From the NCBI GenBank assembly GCA_046594835.1, contig JBKJQZ010000069.1, forward strand, positions 1,212 to 65,211: a stretch of 64,000 bases of DNA, in the 5' to 3' direction. Position 1 is the stretch's first letter, and each line of letters begins with the position of its first letter. The notes under the pieces are model-generated. The model worked only from the letters and a program-made list of their open reading frames with translations. It was not told the DNA's origin and ran no database searches. Position numbers and translations under genes: made by a program. The stretch is from Acidimicrobiales bacterium. GTDB taxonomy: Bacteria > Actinomycetota > Acidimicrobiia > Acidimicrobiales > JACCXE01. Positions 28,763-37,384 of the stretch are shown here, piece by piece.

Positions 28763-28989
28763 AGCTTCGCGGCGGCGCTTTGCACTGCCGCAACGATCGG
28801 GTCCCACTCGGCGCCGCCGGCGCGCGTGACGGTCACGAAGTCAACTACACCAAACACTGACGCCACGCCCTCGATCGCCAGCAATTCCTGGCCGAACGCG
28901 CTGGCCTCGAGGTTGTCGGGCACGTTCGTGTCGAGCGTGAACTTCATCGCGTTCGGGTTGGGGGTGGGCGAAGGCGAAGCGGTGGCCAT
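28759..28989 (-). CDS. Nfu/NifU N-terminal-domain-like small protein (76 aa)
   Basis: MKFTLDTNVPDNLEASAFGQELLAIEGVASVFGVVDFVTVTRAGGAEWDPI matches the scaffold Nfu_N pattern. It is the only credible part of the 542-aa minus-strand ORF 28759..30387. Confidence 0.65.
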   Translation of the reverse strand: MATASPSPTPNPNAMKFTLDTNVPDNLEASAFGQELLAIEGVASVFGVVDFVTVTRAGGAEWDPIVAAVQSAAAKL

Positions 28990-29061
28990 GGGTGCAGTCT
29001 TACCGCATTCGCCATACCCTGCGGTACGGCACGCCGTGGCGAAATCTGCAACGATGCGCCC

Positions 29062-29457
29062 ATGGCTACGCAGATCCCGCTCGTCGATTACTTGGTACTC
29101 GGCGACAACCCTCATCTTCAGGGCCACACGTGTACGAGCTGCGGTGCGATCTTCTTCGATCGCCGCAACGCCTGCGCGTCGTGCTCCAATACCGAGTTCA
29201 AGCTCACCGACGTCGCGACCGAAGGCGTGCTGCGCACGTTCACGATCGTGTCGCTCGCAGCACCCGGCATCCCGGTGCCCTTCGTAGCGGCCGTGGTCGA
29301 CTGCGACGGCGTATCGGTGCGCGGCAACATCATCAATACCGAGCCGGACCCCGATCACGTGCAAACCGGCATGAAGGTTCGCCTCGCCACCCAGCTGGTT
29401 GGCACCGACGACGACGGCACCGAGGCCATTGGCTTCGGCTTCGAGCCGATTTCCTAA
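29062..29457 (+). CDS. Zn-ribbon OB-fold protein (DUF35 family)
   Basis: The CxxC...CxxC ribbon is CTSCGAIFFDRRNACASC. An OB-fold follows (GVLRTFTIV...VAAVVDCDGVSVRGNI). It lies next to a thiolase-like gene, as is usual for DUF35. Confidence 0.85.
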   Translation: MATQIPLVDYLVLGDNPHLQGHTCTSCGAIFFDRRNACASCSNTEFKLTDVATEGVLRTFTIVSLAAPGIPVPFVAAVVDCDGVSVRGNIINTEPDPDHVQTGMKVRLATQLVGTDDDGTEAIGFGFEPIS

Positions 29458-29469
29458 GGAGACACGACC

Positions 29470-30669
29470 ATGGCGACTGACGACGTTTACATCCTCGGCA
29501 TTGTGATGACCAAGTTCGGGAAGCACCCGGACAAAGACATCATCGACCTCGCATCGGAAGCCGCGCTTGGCGCGATCGCCGACGCGGGCATCTCCATGAA
29601 GGAAGTCGGCATCCTCGGATTCGGCAACCTCATGGGGCAAAACAGCGGCCAGATGCTGCAGAAGCAGATCGGCCAAACGGGCATCCCCGTCTACAACGTG
29701 TCGAACGCGTGCGCGACGGGCGCGACCGCGCTTCGCACCGTGGTCATGGCGATCAAGGCGGGCGAGACCGACTGCGGCATGGCCGTCGGCGTAGAGAAGC
29801 TCGCCGGCGCAGGCCTGCTCGGTGGCAACGCGCCGCGTAGCGACAAGAACGAGTACAAGCCCTCGGGCCGCTTCGGTTCTGTCGCCGGCACCGACGGTCG
29901 CATCGGCACCAACACGATGCCCGGTGTGTTTGCACAAATCGGCATGGAGTACGGCCACAAGTACGGCGGCGCGAGCTTCGAACTGTTCGCCAAGATCAGC
30001 GAGAAGAACCACGCGCACTCCACGCTCAATCCCCTCGCGGCGTACACGAAGAAGATGACGCTCGAAGAGATCATGGGCGACGTGATGATCGCCTACCCGA
30101 ACACGCGTCCCATGTGCTCGGCCAACTGTGACGGCGCGGCCGCTGCGGTCGTGGTGAGTGGCACCAAGCTCAAGACGCTGTCGCTTGCACAGCAGAAGCG
30201 CGCAGTGAAGATCAGCGCGTCGATCCTCACCACCGACCCGTACCAAGAGGCCTGCCAGGTTCTCCCCGACGTGAACGCGCTCACGAAGATGGCGGCCAAG
30301 CAGGCGTACGAGCAAGCCGGGGTCGGCCCGTCGGACCTCAACCTGGTTGAGCTGCACGACTGTTTCGCCACCGCCGAGCTGGTTCACTACGACAACCTCG
30401 GCCTGTGTGAAGAGGGCGGCGCCGCCGACTTCTTCCTCTCAGGTGCGACCTGGCGTGACGGCACGATGCCGGTCAACGTCTCGGGGGGCCTCGAGTCCAA
30501 GGGTCACCCGATCGCCGCAACCGGCATTGCGAACATCTGGGAGGTCTGTCATCACCTGCGTGGTGAAGCGGGCGACCGTCAGATCGAGGGTGCCAAGGTC
30601 GGGCTGGCACACGTCATCGGCCTCGGCAACGCGTGCGGCGTGCACATCCTTGAGAAGAGCGCGTTCTAA
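29470..30669 (+). CDS. Thiolase-like protein (SCP-x / non-specific lipid-transfer type)
   Basis: VSNACATGATAL carries the active-site Cys. The C-terminal half has HDCFATAE and NVSGGLESKGHPIAATG. It is paired with DUF35. Confidence 0.88.
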   Translation: MATDDVYILGIVMTKFGKHPDKDIIDLASEAALGAIADAGISMKEVGILGFGNLMGQNSGQMLQKQIGQTGIPVYNVSNACATGATALRTVVMAIKAGETDCGMAVGVEKLAGAGLLGGNAPRSDKNEYKPSGRFGSVAGTDGRIGTNTMPGVFAQIGMEYGHKYGGASFELFAKISEKNHAHSTLNPLAAYTKKMTLEEIMGDVMIAYPNTRPMCSANCDGAAAAVVVSGTKLKTLSLAQQKRAVKISASILTTDPYQEACQVLPDVNALTKMAAKQAYEQAGVGPSDLNLVELHDCFATAELVHYDNLGLCEEGGAADFFLSGATWRDGTMPVNVSGGLESKGHPIAATGIANIWEVCHHLRGEAGDRQIEGAKVGLAHVIGLGNACGVHILEKSAF

Positions 30670-30747
30670 CTGTCTCGATCGGTCGCATTTCCGAAGCAGT
30701 ACTGGTATCCGGTTTGCCAGTCGAAGGATCTTCGACGTAACAAACCG

Positions 30748-31752
30748 GTGTCCGTCACGTTGATGGACGAGCCGCTGGCGGTCTTTCGAGACGCCAGTGG
30801 CTCGCCGCGTGCGGTGCTTGATCGCTGCCCGCACCGCAACGCCGCGTTATCCGATGGGCGCGTCGCGTCCGACGGCAACCTCGAGTGCCCGTACCACGGG
30901 TGGCGTTTTGACGGCACGGGCGAGTGCCGCGCCGTGCCCGGCTTGTTCGAAGGTGACGCAGCTCCAGCAACGGCGCGACGCGTGTCGTCGCACGCCGCGA
31001 CCGAACGCGACGGCTTCGTGTACGTGTGGGCCGCGCCGGGTGCTGAGCCGACGCGCGAAGCGTTCGCGATGCCGGACCTGCTCAAGGAAGGCCGAAAGCC
31101 CTGGCAGATCGGCCAGGTGGTGTTTCCGTGCGACCTCGACGCCACGCTGCACGCTGCGCTCGAGAACACGCTCGACGTGCCCCACACCGCGTTCTTGCAT
31201 AAGGGCATCTTTCGCGGCAAGCGACTGAAGGAACTCACGGCGGTGCGTCGCGACTTTGACGGCGGCGTGGAGGTGGAGTTCCTCGGTGAGCCGGTCGGCC
31301 TCGGCCCGATCCAGGGCGGCCCGTTCGCGAAGAAGACGTTCCAACACTGGGACCGCTTTCTCATGCCGCACGTCGCGCAGGTTGAGTACCGCGTTGAAGA
31401 CTGGCTCGAGATCTTCAACAACGTGATCCACGTGCCGCTCTCGCCGACGGTCACGCGCGCGTGGTTCGTGTTCCGGTGGTGGACGCCGCTGCCGGCCCGA
31501 TTGATCGCGCCGATCGTGAGCGCGCAGGGCCGTTTCGTATTGCGTCAGGACAAGCACGCGATGGCTGCACAGTCCAAGAACATCGACCGCTTCGGCGGCG
31601 AACGCTTCGCGTCGACGGACCTCGACTTGCTGGGCGCCGCAATCTGGCGGCTGCTGCGTCAGGCCGAGCGGGCCGAGGAAGCAGAGATGCGACCGTCGCA
31701 GCTTGACGAGTCGCTCGTCGAAGGCGCGACCCACCTCACCTTCGAGGCCTGA
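30748..31752 (+). CDS. Rieske [2Fe-2S] non-heme-iron oxygenase; coordinates given from the first canonical start
   Basis: The Rieske motif is CPHRNAALSDG...CPYHGWRF. The catalytic domain carries TLDVPHTAFLH. The conserved N-terminal segment FPKQYWYPVCQSKDLRRNKP is encoded upstream of the GTG at 30748, in the same frame, from a CTG at 30670 (see findings). Confidence 0.8.
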   Translation: MSVTLMDEPLAVFRDASGSPRAVLDRCPHRNAALSDGRVASDGNLECPYHGWRFDGTGECRAVPGLFEGDAAPATARRVSSHAATERDGFVYVWAAPGAEPTREAFAMPDLLKEGRKPWQIGQVVFPCDLDATLHAALENTLDVPHTAFLHKGIFRGKRLKELTAVRRDFDGGVEVEFLGEPVGLGPIQGGPFAKKTFQHWDRFLMPHVAQVEYRVEDWLEIFNNVIHVPLSPTVTRAWFVFRWWTPLPARLIAPIVSAQGRFVLRQDKHAMAAQSKNIDRFGGERFASTDLDLLGAAIWRLLRQAERAEEAEMRPSQLDESLVEGATHLTFEA

Positions 31753-31819
31753 CCGAGGCCAACTCGTCCCGCGAATCGACGCATAGGAGGTCGTTTCGCA
31801 GAACAGGTTCGGGGTTGGG

Positions 31820-32278
31820 TCAGCTGATGCGGCGCCACTTGGCGGTGGCGGAGGTAAGGACCTGCTCGTCGGCGTCGAGGATCTCGGCTGCGGCGAGGTA
31901 GTCGCGGCCCGTGACGCGCAAGACCTCAGCGCGGATCGTCAGAGGAGTCTCAGACGGCGCGGGCTTGCGATAGCGGAGATCGAACTCAACCGTTACGACG
32001 CGCTGCCACTCCGGGTCATCAGTCGAGGACACGTCGCCCTGCGATTCGTGGAACGCGTGCATCGCAAAGCCGATCGCTTCGTCGAGGATCGTGGCTTGCA
32101 CGCCGCCGTGGATCACGCCGGGTGAACCACACGTATGGCTTGGCGCGGCGTAGGTGGTTTCGACGCCGCCGGGCTTGGTGTGGGTGAAACTGAGTTGCAG
32201 CCCGCGATCGTTGTGCTGGCTGCAGCCGAAGCACATGTTGTTAGGGAAGTCGAAGCGCAGCTCTTGACCGATAGCCAT
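31820..32278 (-). CDS. PaaI/hotdog-fold thioesterase
   Basis: CFGCSQHNDRGLQL...GVIHGGVQATILDEAIGFA is the PaaI-type pattern. The ATG at 32278 lies just after the kdpE stop. Confidence 0.75.
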   Translation of the reverse strand: MAIGQELRFDFPNNMCFGCSQHNDRGLQLSFTHTKPGGVETTYAAPSHTCGSPGVIHGGVQATILDEAIGFAMHAFHESQGDVSSTDDPEWQRVVTVEFDLRYRKPAPSETPLTIRAEVLRVTGRDYLAAAEILDADEQVLTSATAKWRRIS

Positions 32279-32288
32279 GCGCGCGACG

Positions 32289-32999
32289 CTAACGGTCGTC
32301 GTCGGAGCGGTCGACGAGGCGGTACCCAACCCCCGGCTCGGTGATCAGACGAGGCCGCGTCGCGTCCTCATCAAATTTCTTTCGAAGCTGGCTGGCGTAG
32401 ACGCGTAAGTACTGGGTTTCGGTTCCGTATCCTTTGCCCCACACTTCCTCGAGGATCATGCGGTGCGTAATTACCCGGCCCGGGTGGCGGGCGAGCACGG
32501 CGATGAAGCCAAACTCCTTCGGCGTGAGGTCAACTTCGCCGCCCGACACGGTGACCACGCGTCGAGCGATGTCGATGTGCAGATCGCCTACGTCGTAGAC
32601 CGATTCGTCGATCGTTGCCGCGGAGCTGGTGCGGTGCCGCAGCGCGACGCGCACGCGCGCCAACAACTCCGGTACGGAGAACGGCTTCGTGACGTAATCA
32701 TCCGCTCCCTCATCTAGCGCTGCGACCTTGCGGTCGTCTGCGCCCTCCGCCGTCAACACAATTATCGGCACCTGCGACCACTGCCGGATGCGGCGGCATA
32801 CCTCGATGCCGTCGATGTCGGGGAGGCCGAGGTCGAGGATGACGAGGGCCGGCCCCTCGGCCGCCGCCCGATCGAGAGCTGCGAGCCCACTAGTGGCTTG
32901 CACGACCCGGTAGCTGCGAGCTTCGAGTGCCGCGGTGAGCGCACGCACGATTGCGGGCTCGTCGTCCACGACAAGGATGGTGGTCGACAGGTCAGTCAT
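32289..32999 (-). CDS. kdpE: OmpR-family response regulator, KdpE-like
   Basis: The REC domain has ILVVDDEP, LVILDLGLPDIDG and LTAEG. The wHTH tail TQYLRVYASQLRKKFDEDATRPRLITEPGVGYRL matches the KdpE signature. The ATG at 32999 overlaps the kinase stop by 8 nt. Confidence 0.85.
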   Translation of the reverse strand: MTDLSTTILVVDDEPAIVRALTAALEARSYRVVQATSGLAALDRAAAEGPALVILDLGLPDIDGIEVCRRIRQWSQVPIIVLTAEGADDRKVAALDEGADDYVTKPFSVPELLARVRVALRHRTSSAATIDESVYDVGDLHIDIARRVVTVSGGEVDLTPKEFGFIAVLARHPGRVITHRMILEEVWGKGYGTETQYLRVYASQLRKKFDEDATRPRLITEPGVGYRLVDRSDDDR

Positions 33000-34125
33000 G
33001 ACGCATCGGAAGGCTGAAACTGAATCGGGCTCCGCCGGTTGTAGCTGTCGACACGTCGATGAGGCCACCGTGGGCTTCGATGATCGCCCGACAGATTGCG
33101 AGGCCGACGCCGCTCGACGAACTGCCGTCCCCGCGCTGGAACGGCTCGAAAATCCGATCGGCTTGGTAGGTGGCCACGCCGCTGCCCTCGTCGCTTATGG
33201 ACGCGACCACAAGGTTTGCCTCTACACGCGCGGTTACGCGCACCGTGGTGCGGGGCGGGGAGTGACGCGCCGCGTTTTCGAGCAGATTGGTCACAACCTG
33301 ATCGACCAGGACGTAGTCGGCATCGACGAGGGGCAGATCAGACGGGATCTCCACCTGCACCCGTACCTGACGGAACAGCCGGTCGAGGCGCCGCACTCGC
33401 TCTCGCACGAGCTCCTCGAGGTCAACGGCCTGCGGCTCGGGCACGAGGGCTCCTGCTTCAATCCGGCTGAGACTAAGGAGGTTGGCGACGATTCGATCGA
33501 GGCGCTGTGCTTCGTCGCTCACGAGATCGAGCAGTTCGTCGCGGGTCTCGGCGTCATAGGCCGTCCCGCTGCGCAGATCGGAGGCGACGGCGCGAATCGT
33601 CGACAGAGGTGTGCGCAGGTCGTGTGAGACCGACCGAATCAGGGCGCGACGCTGCTCGTCGACTTGTTCGAACACTGCGAGTCGCGTGGTCTCCTCGACG
33701 CGCGCGTCGCGCTCGGCCACCGCCGCTTCGTAGCGGGTGTGCATCGTCTCCACTTCACGCGCTCGCTGCTCGGCGGAGTGGCGTCGTTCTGCTTCGAGGG
33801 CGACCACCGTGCCGAGCACGGCCCCAACCGCTAGTAGGACCACGAGCGCGACCGCGTCATCGAGCGCGTCCACTTTGAGTGTCCAGTAGGGCTCAATGAA
33901 GGCGAGATTGAACGCGAGCGCTGCGCCGACGGCCGTTACGAGCGCACCCACTCGACCACCGAGTACCCCGGCAACCAGAACAGGGACCACGAGCATGAGC
34001 GCAGGCGTAGCCCGACTCGACGAGTCGCGCAGGGGCACCAGGGACGCGCTCACGGCGATGGTCAGCGCCAGACCCATTGCCGCGCCAATCAACGGCGCCG
34101 GACGGCGACCCACAGCGAGTTCCAC
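32992..34125 (-). CDS. Sensor histidine kinase, KdpD C-terminal type (DUF4118 TM module, HisKA, HATPase_c) lacking the KdpD N-terminal and Usp domains
   Basis: Four TM helices with NLAFIEPYWTL (DUF4118-like). The H-box is SHDLRTPLSTI. The ATPase motifs are NLLENAARHS, DEGSGV and SSSGVGLAICR. At only 377 aa it is less than half, as I recall, the length of a full KdpD. Confidence 0.8.
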   Translation of the reverse strand: MELAVGRRPAPLIGAAMGLALTIAVSASLVPLRDSSSRATPALMLVVPVLVAGVLGGRVGALVTAVGAALAFNLAFIEPYWTLKVDALDDAVALVVLLAVGAVLGTVVALEAERRHSAEQRAREVETMHTRYEAAVAERDARVEETTRLAVFEQVDEQRRALIRSVSHDLRTPLSTIRAVASDLRSGTAYDAETRDELLDLVSDEAQRLDRIVANLLSLSRIEAGALVPEPQAVDLEELVRERVRRLDRLFRQVRVQVEIPSDLPLVDADYVLVDQVVTNLLENAARHSPPRTTVRVTARVEANLVVASISDEGSGVATYQADRIFEPFQRGDGSSSSGVGLAICRAIIEAHGGLIDVSTATTGGARFSFSLPMRHD

Positions 34126-34130
34126 GCAGC

Positions 34131-34151
34131 ATCTTTACGCGATCTTTGCGG
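34131..34151. promoter_or_regulatory. Direct repeats ATCTTTACGC / ATCTTTGCGG phased 11 bp apart (candidate KdpE-type box); third TCTTTACG copy at 34174..34181
   Basis: Read directly in the 79-bp divergent intergenic region between the kinase start (34125) and the permease start (34205). OmpR-family regulators, including KdpE, bind T-rich direct repeats with about 11-bp spacing. Confidence 0.4.
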
Positions 34152-34204
34152 CGACGGCGGTGTCCTTATGACTTCTTTACGAACCGGCGCGGTTCAATCA
34201 AGGA

Positions 34205-36187
34205 GTGAGCAATTTTGCGCCTCCGAAGCCGATCCCAGCGATGCCGGCGCTCGACCTCGCCGAGGACCGGCGCTACCGGATCAAACGACGTCTGCTCGGC
34301 GCGCCGTTGCACACCGAAGAACTCGCCCACGAGCGCCTTGGCAAGCCAACGGCGCTGGCCGTATTTGCGTCAGACAACCTGTCGTCCTCGGCGTACGCGA
34401 CCGAGGAGATCCTCCGGGTCCTCGTACCCGCGGTCGGCGTCGCCGCCTTCAGCCTTGTACTGCCGATCACGGTTGGTTTGCTCGTCGTCCTGGGCTTCCT
34501 GATCCTCTCGTACCGCCAAACCATCAAGGCCTACCCGACCGCGGGTGGCGCCTACATCGTCACGAAGGACAACTTCGGACTGCTGCCGGCGCAGGTTGCG
34601 GGCGTGTCGTTGCTTACCGACTACATCCTGACCGTGTCGGTGTCGGTCGCTGCGGGCACCGCAGCGCTTACTTCCGTTTTCGTGGGGGTGCGGCCCTATG
34701 CAGTGGAGGTGTCACTGCTGTTCATCGTCGTCATTGCGTACGGCAACCTGCGGGGCGTGAAGGAGTCAGGGAAGCTCTTCGCAGTCCCTACGTATTTCTT
34801 CATAGGCAACATGATCCTGCTGCTGGCCGTCGGGCTTTCAAAGCAGTTCTTCGGGCATCTTCCGGTCGAGTCGCTCAACCACCCGGGCCTCGTGCCGATC
34901 GGCCGCGGTGGCGCTGACGGCGCGATGTTCGCCGGCGCGAGTCTGTACATCGTGCTGCACGCGTTTGCCTCGGGGGGCGCCGCGGTGACTGGGGTAGAGG
35001 CAATCTCGAACGGCGTGCCTGCATTCAAGGTGCCCGAGTGGAAGAACGCCCGGGAGACCCTCGTGGTCATGGGTGGCCTGCTCGGCGTGATGTTCTTCGG
35101 CCTGTCGGTCCTCGCCGCGCACATGCACGTTGCCCCGTACGCCGAAGGTACCCCCACGGTGATCTCCCAGATCGGGAAGCTGGTCTACGGGCCGGGAACC
35201 CTCGGCACGATTCTTTACTTCGGGTTGCAAGCGGGAACCATGCTCATCCTCGTTCTCGCCGCCAACACGAGCTTCGCTGACTTTCCTCGCCTCGCCAGCT
35301 TCCACGCCGGTGACAACTTCATGCCGCGGCAGCTAACAAAACGCGGCCATCGACTCGTGTTCTCCAACGGCATCATCAGCCTCGCGGTTGCGTCCGCGTT
35401 GCTCGTTGTCCTCACCGAGGCGAAGGTCGATCGGCTCATCCCGCTCTACGCGATCGGCGTATTCACCAGCTTCACGCTGAGCCAGGCCGGCATGGCCAAA
35501 CACCACATCACGCACAAAGAGGATGGCTGGCGGACGGGCTTGTTTATCAACGGCACGGGCGCGTTTCTCTCGCTCCTCGTCGACGTCGTCGTCGCCGTCA
35601 CAAAGTTCACCCACGGGGCGTGGGTGATCCTCGTGATGGTCCCCGTGATGGTTGCGATGCTGATGCGTCTCAACAAGCAGTACGAGGCCGAGGCCGCCGA
35701 GCTCGCTGCCGATGCGAAAGCCGCCGCCGAGGCGCCGGTCCTTCGCCGCCACGTCGTGCTCGTGCTCGTCGATCGGCTCGATCGTGCCGCGGCTCGTGCG
35801 ATCCAGTACGCGCGGACGCTCCACCCTGACGAGTTGCGGGCGGTGCATATCGCGGTCGACCTGTATCGAGCGGACGTGCTCGCCGATGACTGGCGCCGTC
35901 TCGGGCTCACCCGACTGCCGTTGGAACTCGTCGACTGCCCAGATCGGCGCATCGATCATTCCGTGCTCGAGATTGTGGCCGAGTGCCTGGCCGGAGGCCA
36001 GACCGAAGTCAGCGTTCTGGTGCCTCGTCTTGCCCACCGACGCATGTGGCACCGGTTGCTTCATGACCGCACCGGGGACCAGATCGCCGATTCGGTCGGG
36101 CGTCTCGCGCACGCCAACGTGACGTTCGTGCCCTACCACCTCGGGTCCCGCATATTGAAGGAGAGCATTGATGCCGATTCCCATTAA
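34205..36187 (+). CDS. kimA: KimA (YdaO)-type K+/H+ symporter of the APC superfamily with a C-terminal cytoplasmic domain
   Basis: Blocks that I recall as conserved in B. subtilis KimA and mycobacterial Rv2690c: SDNLSSSAYATEEIL, SYRQTIKAYPTAGGAYIV, LLTDYILTVSVSVAAG, TGVEAISNGVPAFK, LVLAANTSFADFPRLAS and LIPLYAIGVFTSFTLSQAGM. The start is uncertain (GTG at 34205 or ATG at 34241). Confidence 0.8.
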   Translation: MSNFAPPKPIPAMPALDLAEDRRYRIKRRLLGAPLHTEELAHERLGKPTALAVFASDNLSSSAYATEEILRVLVPAVGVAAFSLVLPITVGLLVVLGFLILSYRQTIKAYPTAGGAYIVTKDNFGLLPAQVAGVSLLTDYILTVSVSVAAGTAALTSVFVGVRPYAVEVSLLFIVVIAYGNLRGVKESGKLFAVPTYFFIGNMILLLAVGLSKQFFGHLPVESLNHPGLVPIGRGGADGAMFAGASLYIVLHAFASGGAAVTGVEAISNGVPAFKVPEWKNARETLVVMGGLLGVMFFGLSVLAAHMHVAPYAEGTPTVISQIGKLVYGPGTLGTILYFGLQAGTMLILVLAANTSFADFPRLASFHAGDNFMPRQLTKRGHRLVFSNGIISLAVASALLVVLTEAKVDRLIPLYAIGVFTSFTLSQAGMAKHHITHKEDGWRTGLFINGTGAFLSLLVDVVVAVTKFTHGAWVILVMVPVMVAMLMRLNKQYEAEAAELAADAKAAAEAPVLRRHVVLVLVDRLDRAAARAIQYARTLHPDELRAVHIAVDLYRADVLADDWRRLGLTRLPLELVDCPDRRIDHSVLEIVAECLAGGQTEVSVLVPRLAHRRMWHRLLHDRTGDQIADSVGRLAHANVTFVPYHLGSRILKESIDADSH

Positions 36188-36464
36188 GGACGTTGAGTGG
36201 CGTGGCGAGGTCACGGTCGAGGGCCGCGTCCGCTCAATGCGCATCACGCCGTGGGCTGACGTGCCGAGCCTGGAATGCACGATCGTCGACGAGACAGGCG
36301 GGATGACGGTCGTGTTCCTTGGTCGGCGCAAGATCGCCGGGATACATCCGGGCACGATCATGCGAGCGGAGGGCACTGCCGGTGCACACCACGGCAAGCT
36401 CGCACTGATGAACCCGATCTACGAGCTGCTGCAGACACCCCACTTCGAGGCGCCGCACCACTGA
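36171..36464 (+). CDS. OB-fold domain protein (Rv2694c-like)
   Basis: EVTVEGRVRSMRITPWADVPSLECTIVDETGGMTVVFLGRRKIAGIHPGTIMRAEG...MNPIYELL resembles the actinobacterial OB-fold protein found in K+ transporter (trkA/Rv2690c) neighbourhoods. It overlaps the permease 3' end by 17 nt. Confidence 0.7.
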   Translation: MPIPIKDVEWRGEVTVEGRVRSMRITPWADVPSLECTIVDETGGMTVVFLGRRKIAGIHPGTIMRAEGTAGAHHGKLALMNPIYELLQTPHFEAPHH

Positions 36465-36517
36465 AAATAGAAACCCGCGCGCGGAGGTTTACCGCTCCCC
36501 GCTAGAGGCATAACTCT

Positions 36518-37384
36518 GTGGCCATGGCCGCTACCCGTCACACCAACCCGTGGGCGGACGAGGTGACCGACCTGGTGCGCGCCATTTCGGGTGGGCTGTT
36601 GTTTGGCATCCCCCTCCTCTACACAATGGAGGTGTGGTGGGTCGGCACCTCCACTGATCCCGATCGCGTGATCGGCGTGTTGCTCATCACGTTCCTGCCC
36701 GTGTGGTTTCTCAACCGCACCTCGGGCTTCCGGTCCGGCAAAGACGTGCGTTTGTCGGACTCGTTTATGGACTCCGTGGAAACCGTCGCCCTCGGCGTCG
36801 TCTCCGCGACCCTGTTCTTGTTGCTGCTCGAAGAGATCACACTCGCCACACCATTGAACGAAGCGCTCGGAAAGATCGCGTTCGAAGCGACGCCATTTGG
36901 CATCGGCATCGCCCTTGCGAGTCACTTCCTGCGTCAGGGCCGCACGCAGGGCGACGACGACGGCGGCGGCGAGGCCAAGACCCCGTTTCAAGCCACTATC
37001 GCCGACGTAGGTGCCACGACCATCGGCGCAATCTTCGTCGCCTTCAACATCGCACCCACCGACGAAGTGCCCCTCATCAGTAGCGCCCTCGGCCCGTATT
37101 CGCTGATCGCCGTCGTTCTTGTTTCGCTGCTGGTGTCGTTCTGCATCGTGTTCATCGCTGGCTTTTCCGACCAAGAGGGCCGCCGGGCCCAACAGGGGCT
37201 GTTGCAGCACCCGCTTACCGAGACCGTGGCGTGCTACCTCATCGCGTTCGGCGCCTCGGGTTTGATGTTGTGGCACTTTCAGCGGATCGACGCGTCCGCG
37301 CCGTGGCAAGAAATTCTTGGTTACATGATCGTGCTCGGACTCCCTGCGTCGGTTGGCGGCGCGGCAGGAAGGTTGGCTACGTGA
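36518..37384 (+). CDS. Integral membrane protein resembling the TIGR02587 family
   Basis: LVRAISGGLLFGIPLLYTMEVWWVG plus about 6 TM segments. It is followed by its usual small partner gene. Confidence 0.65.
   Translation: MAMAATRHTNPWADEVTDLVRAISGGLLFGIPLLYTMEVWWVGTSTDPDRVIGVLLITFLPVWFLNRTSGFRSGKDVRLSDSFMDSVETVALGVVSATLFLLLLEEITLATPLNEALGKIAFEATPFGIGIALASHFLRQGRTQGDDDGGGEAKTPFQATIADVGATTIGAIFVAFNIAPTDEVPLISSALGPYSLIAVVLVSLLVSFCIVFIAGFSDQEGRRAQQGLLQHPLTETVACYLIAFGASGLMLWHFQRIDASAPWQEILGYMIVLGLPASVGGAAGRLAT

Noticed and set aside
28990-30387. N-terminal about 465 codons of the 542-aa minus-strand ORF 28759..30387
   Set aside because: This stretch is antisense to the well-supported DUF35 and thiolase genes. 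Its product is Arg/Ala/Gly/Val-rich with no motifs. Only the last 76 codons (the Nfu_N-like gene at 28759..28989) look real. It is a typical high-GC shadow ORF.
34126-34204. Possible c-di-AMP (ydaO/kimA-type) riboswitch upstream of the KimA-like gene
   Set aside because: The intergenic region is only 79 nt, and I could not find the paired pseudo-symmetric helices or conserved ydaO motif elements. Direct repeats suggest protein-mediated control instead. A covariance-model scan (Rfam RF00379) would settle it.
36465-36517. Hairpin AAACCCG-CGCG-CGGAGGTTT after the OB-fold gene
   Set aside because: The stem is short and bulged and has no U-tract. It is too weak to call a terminator with confidence.
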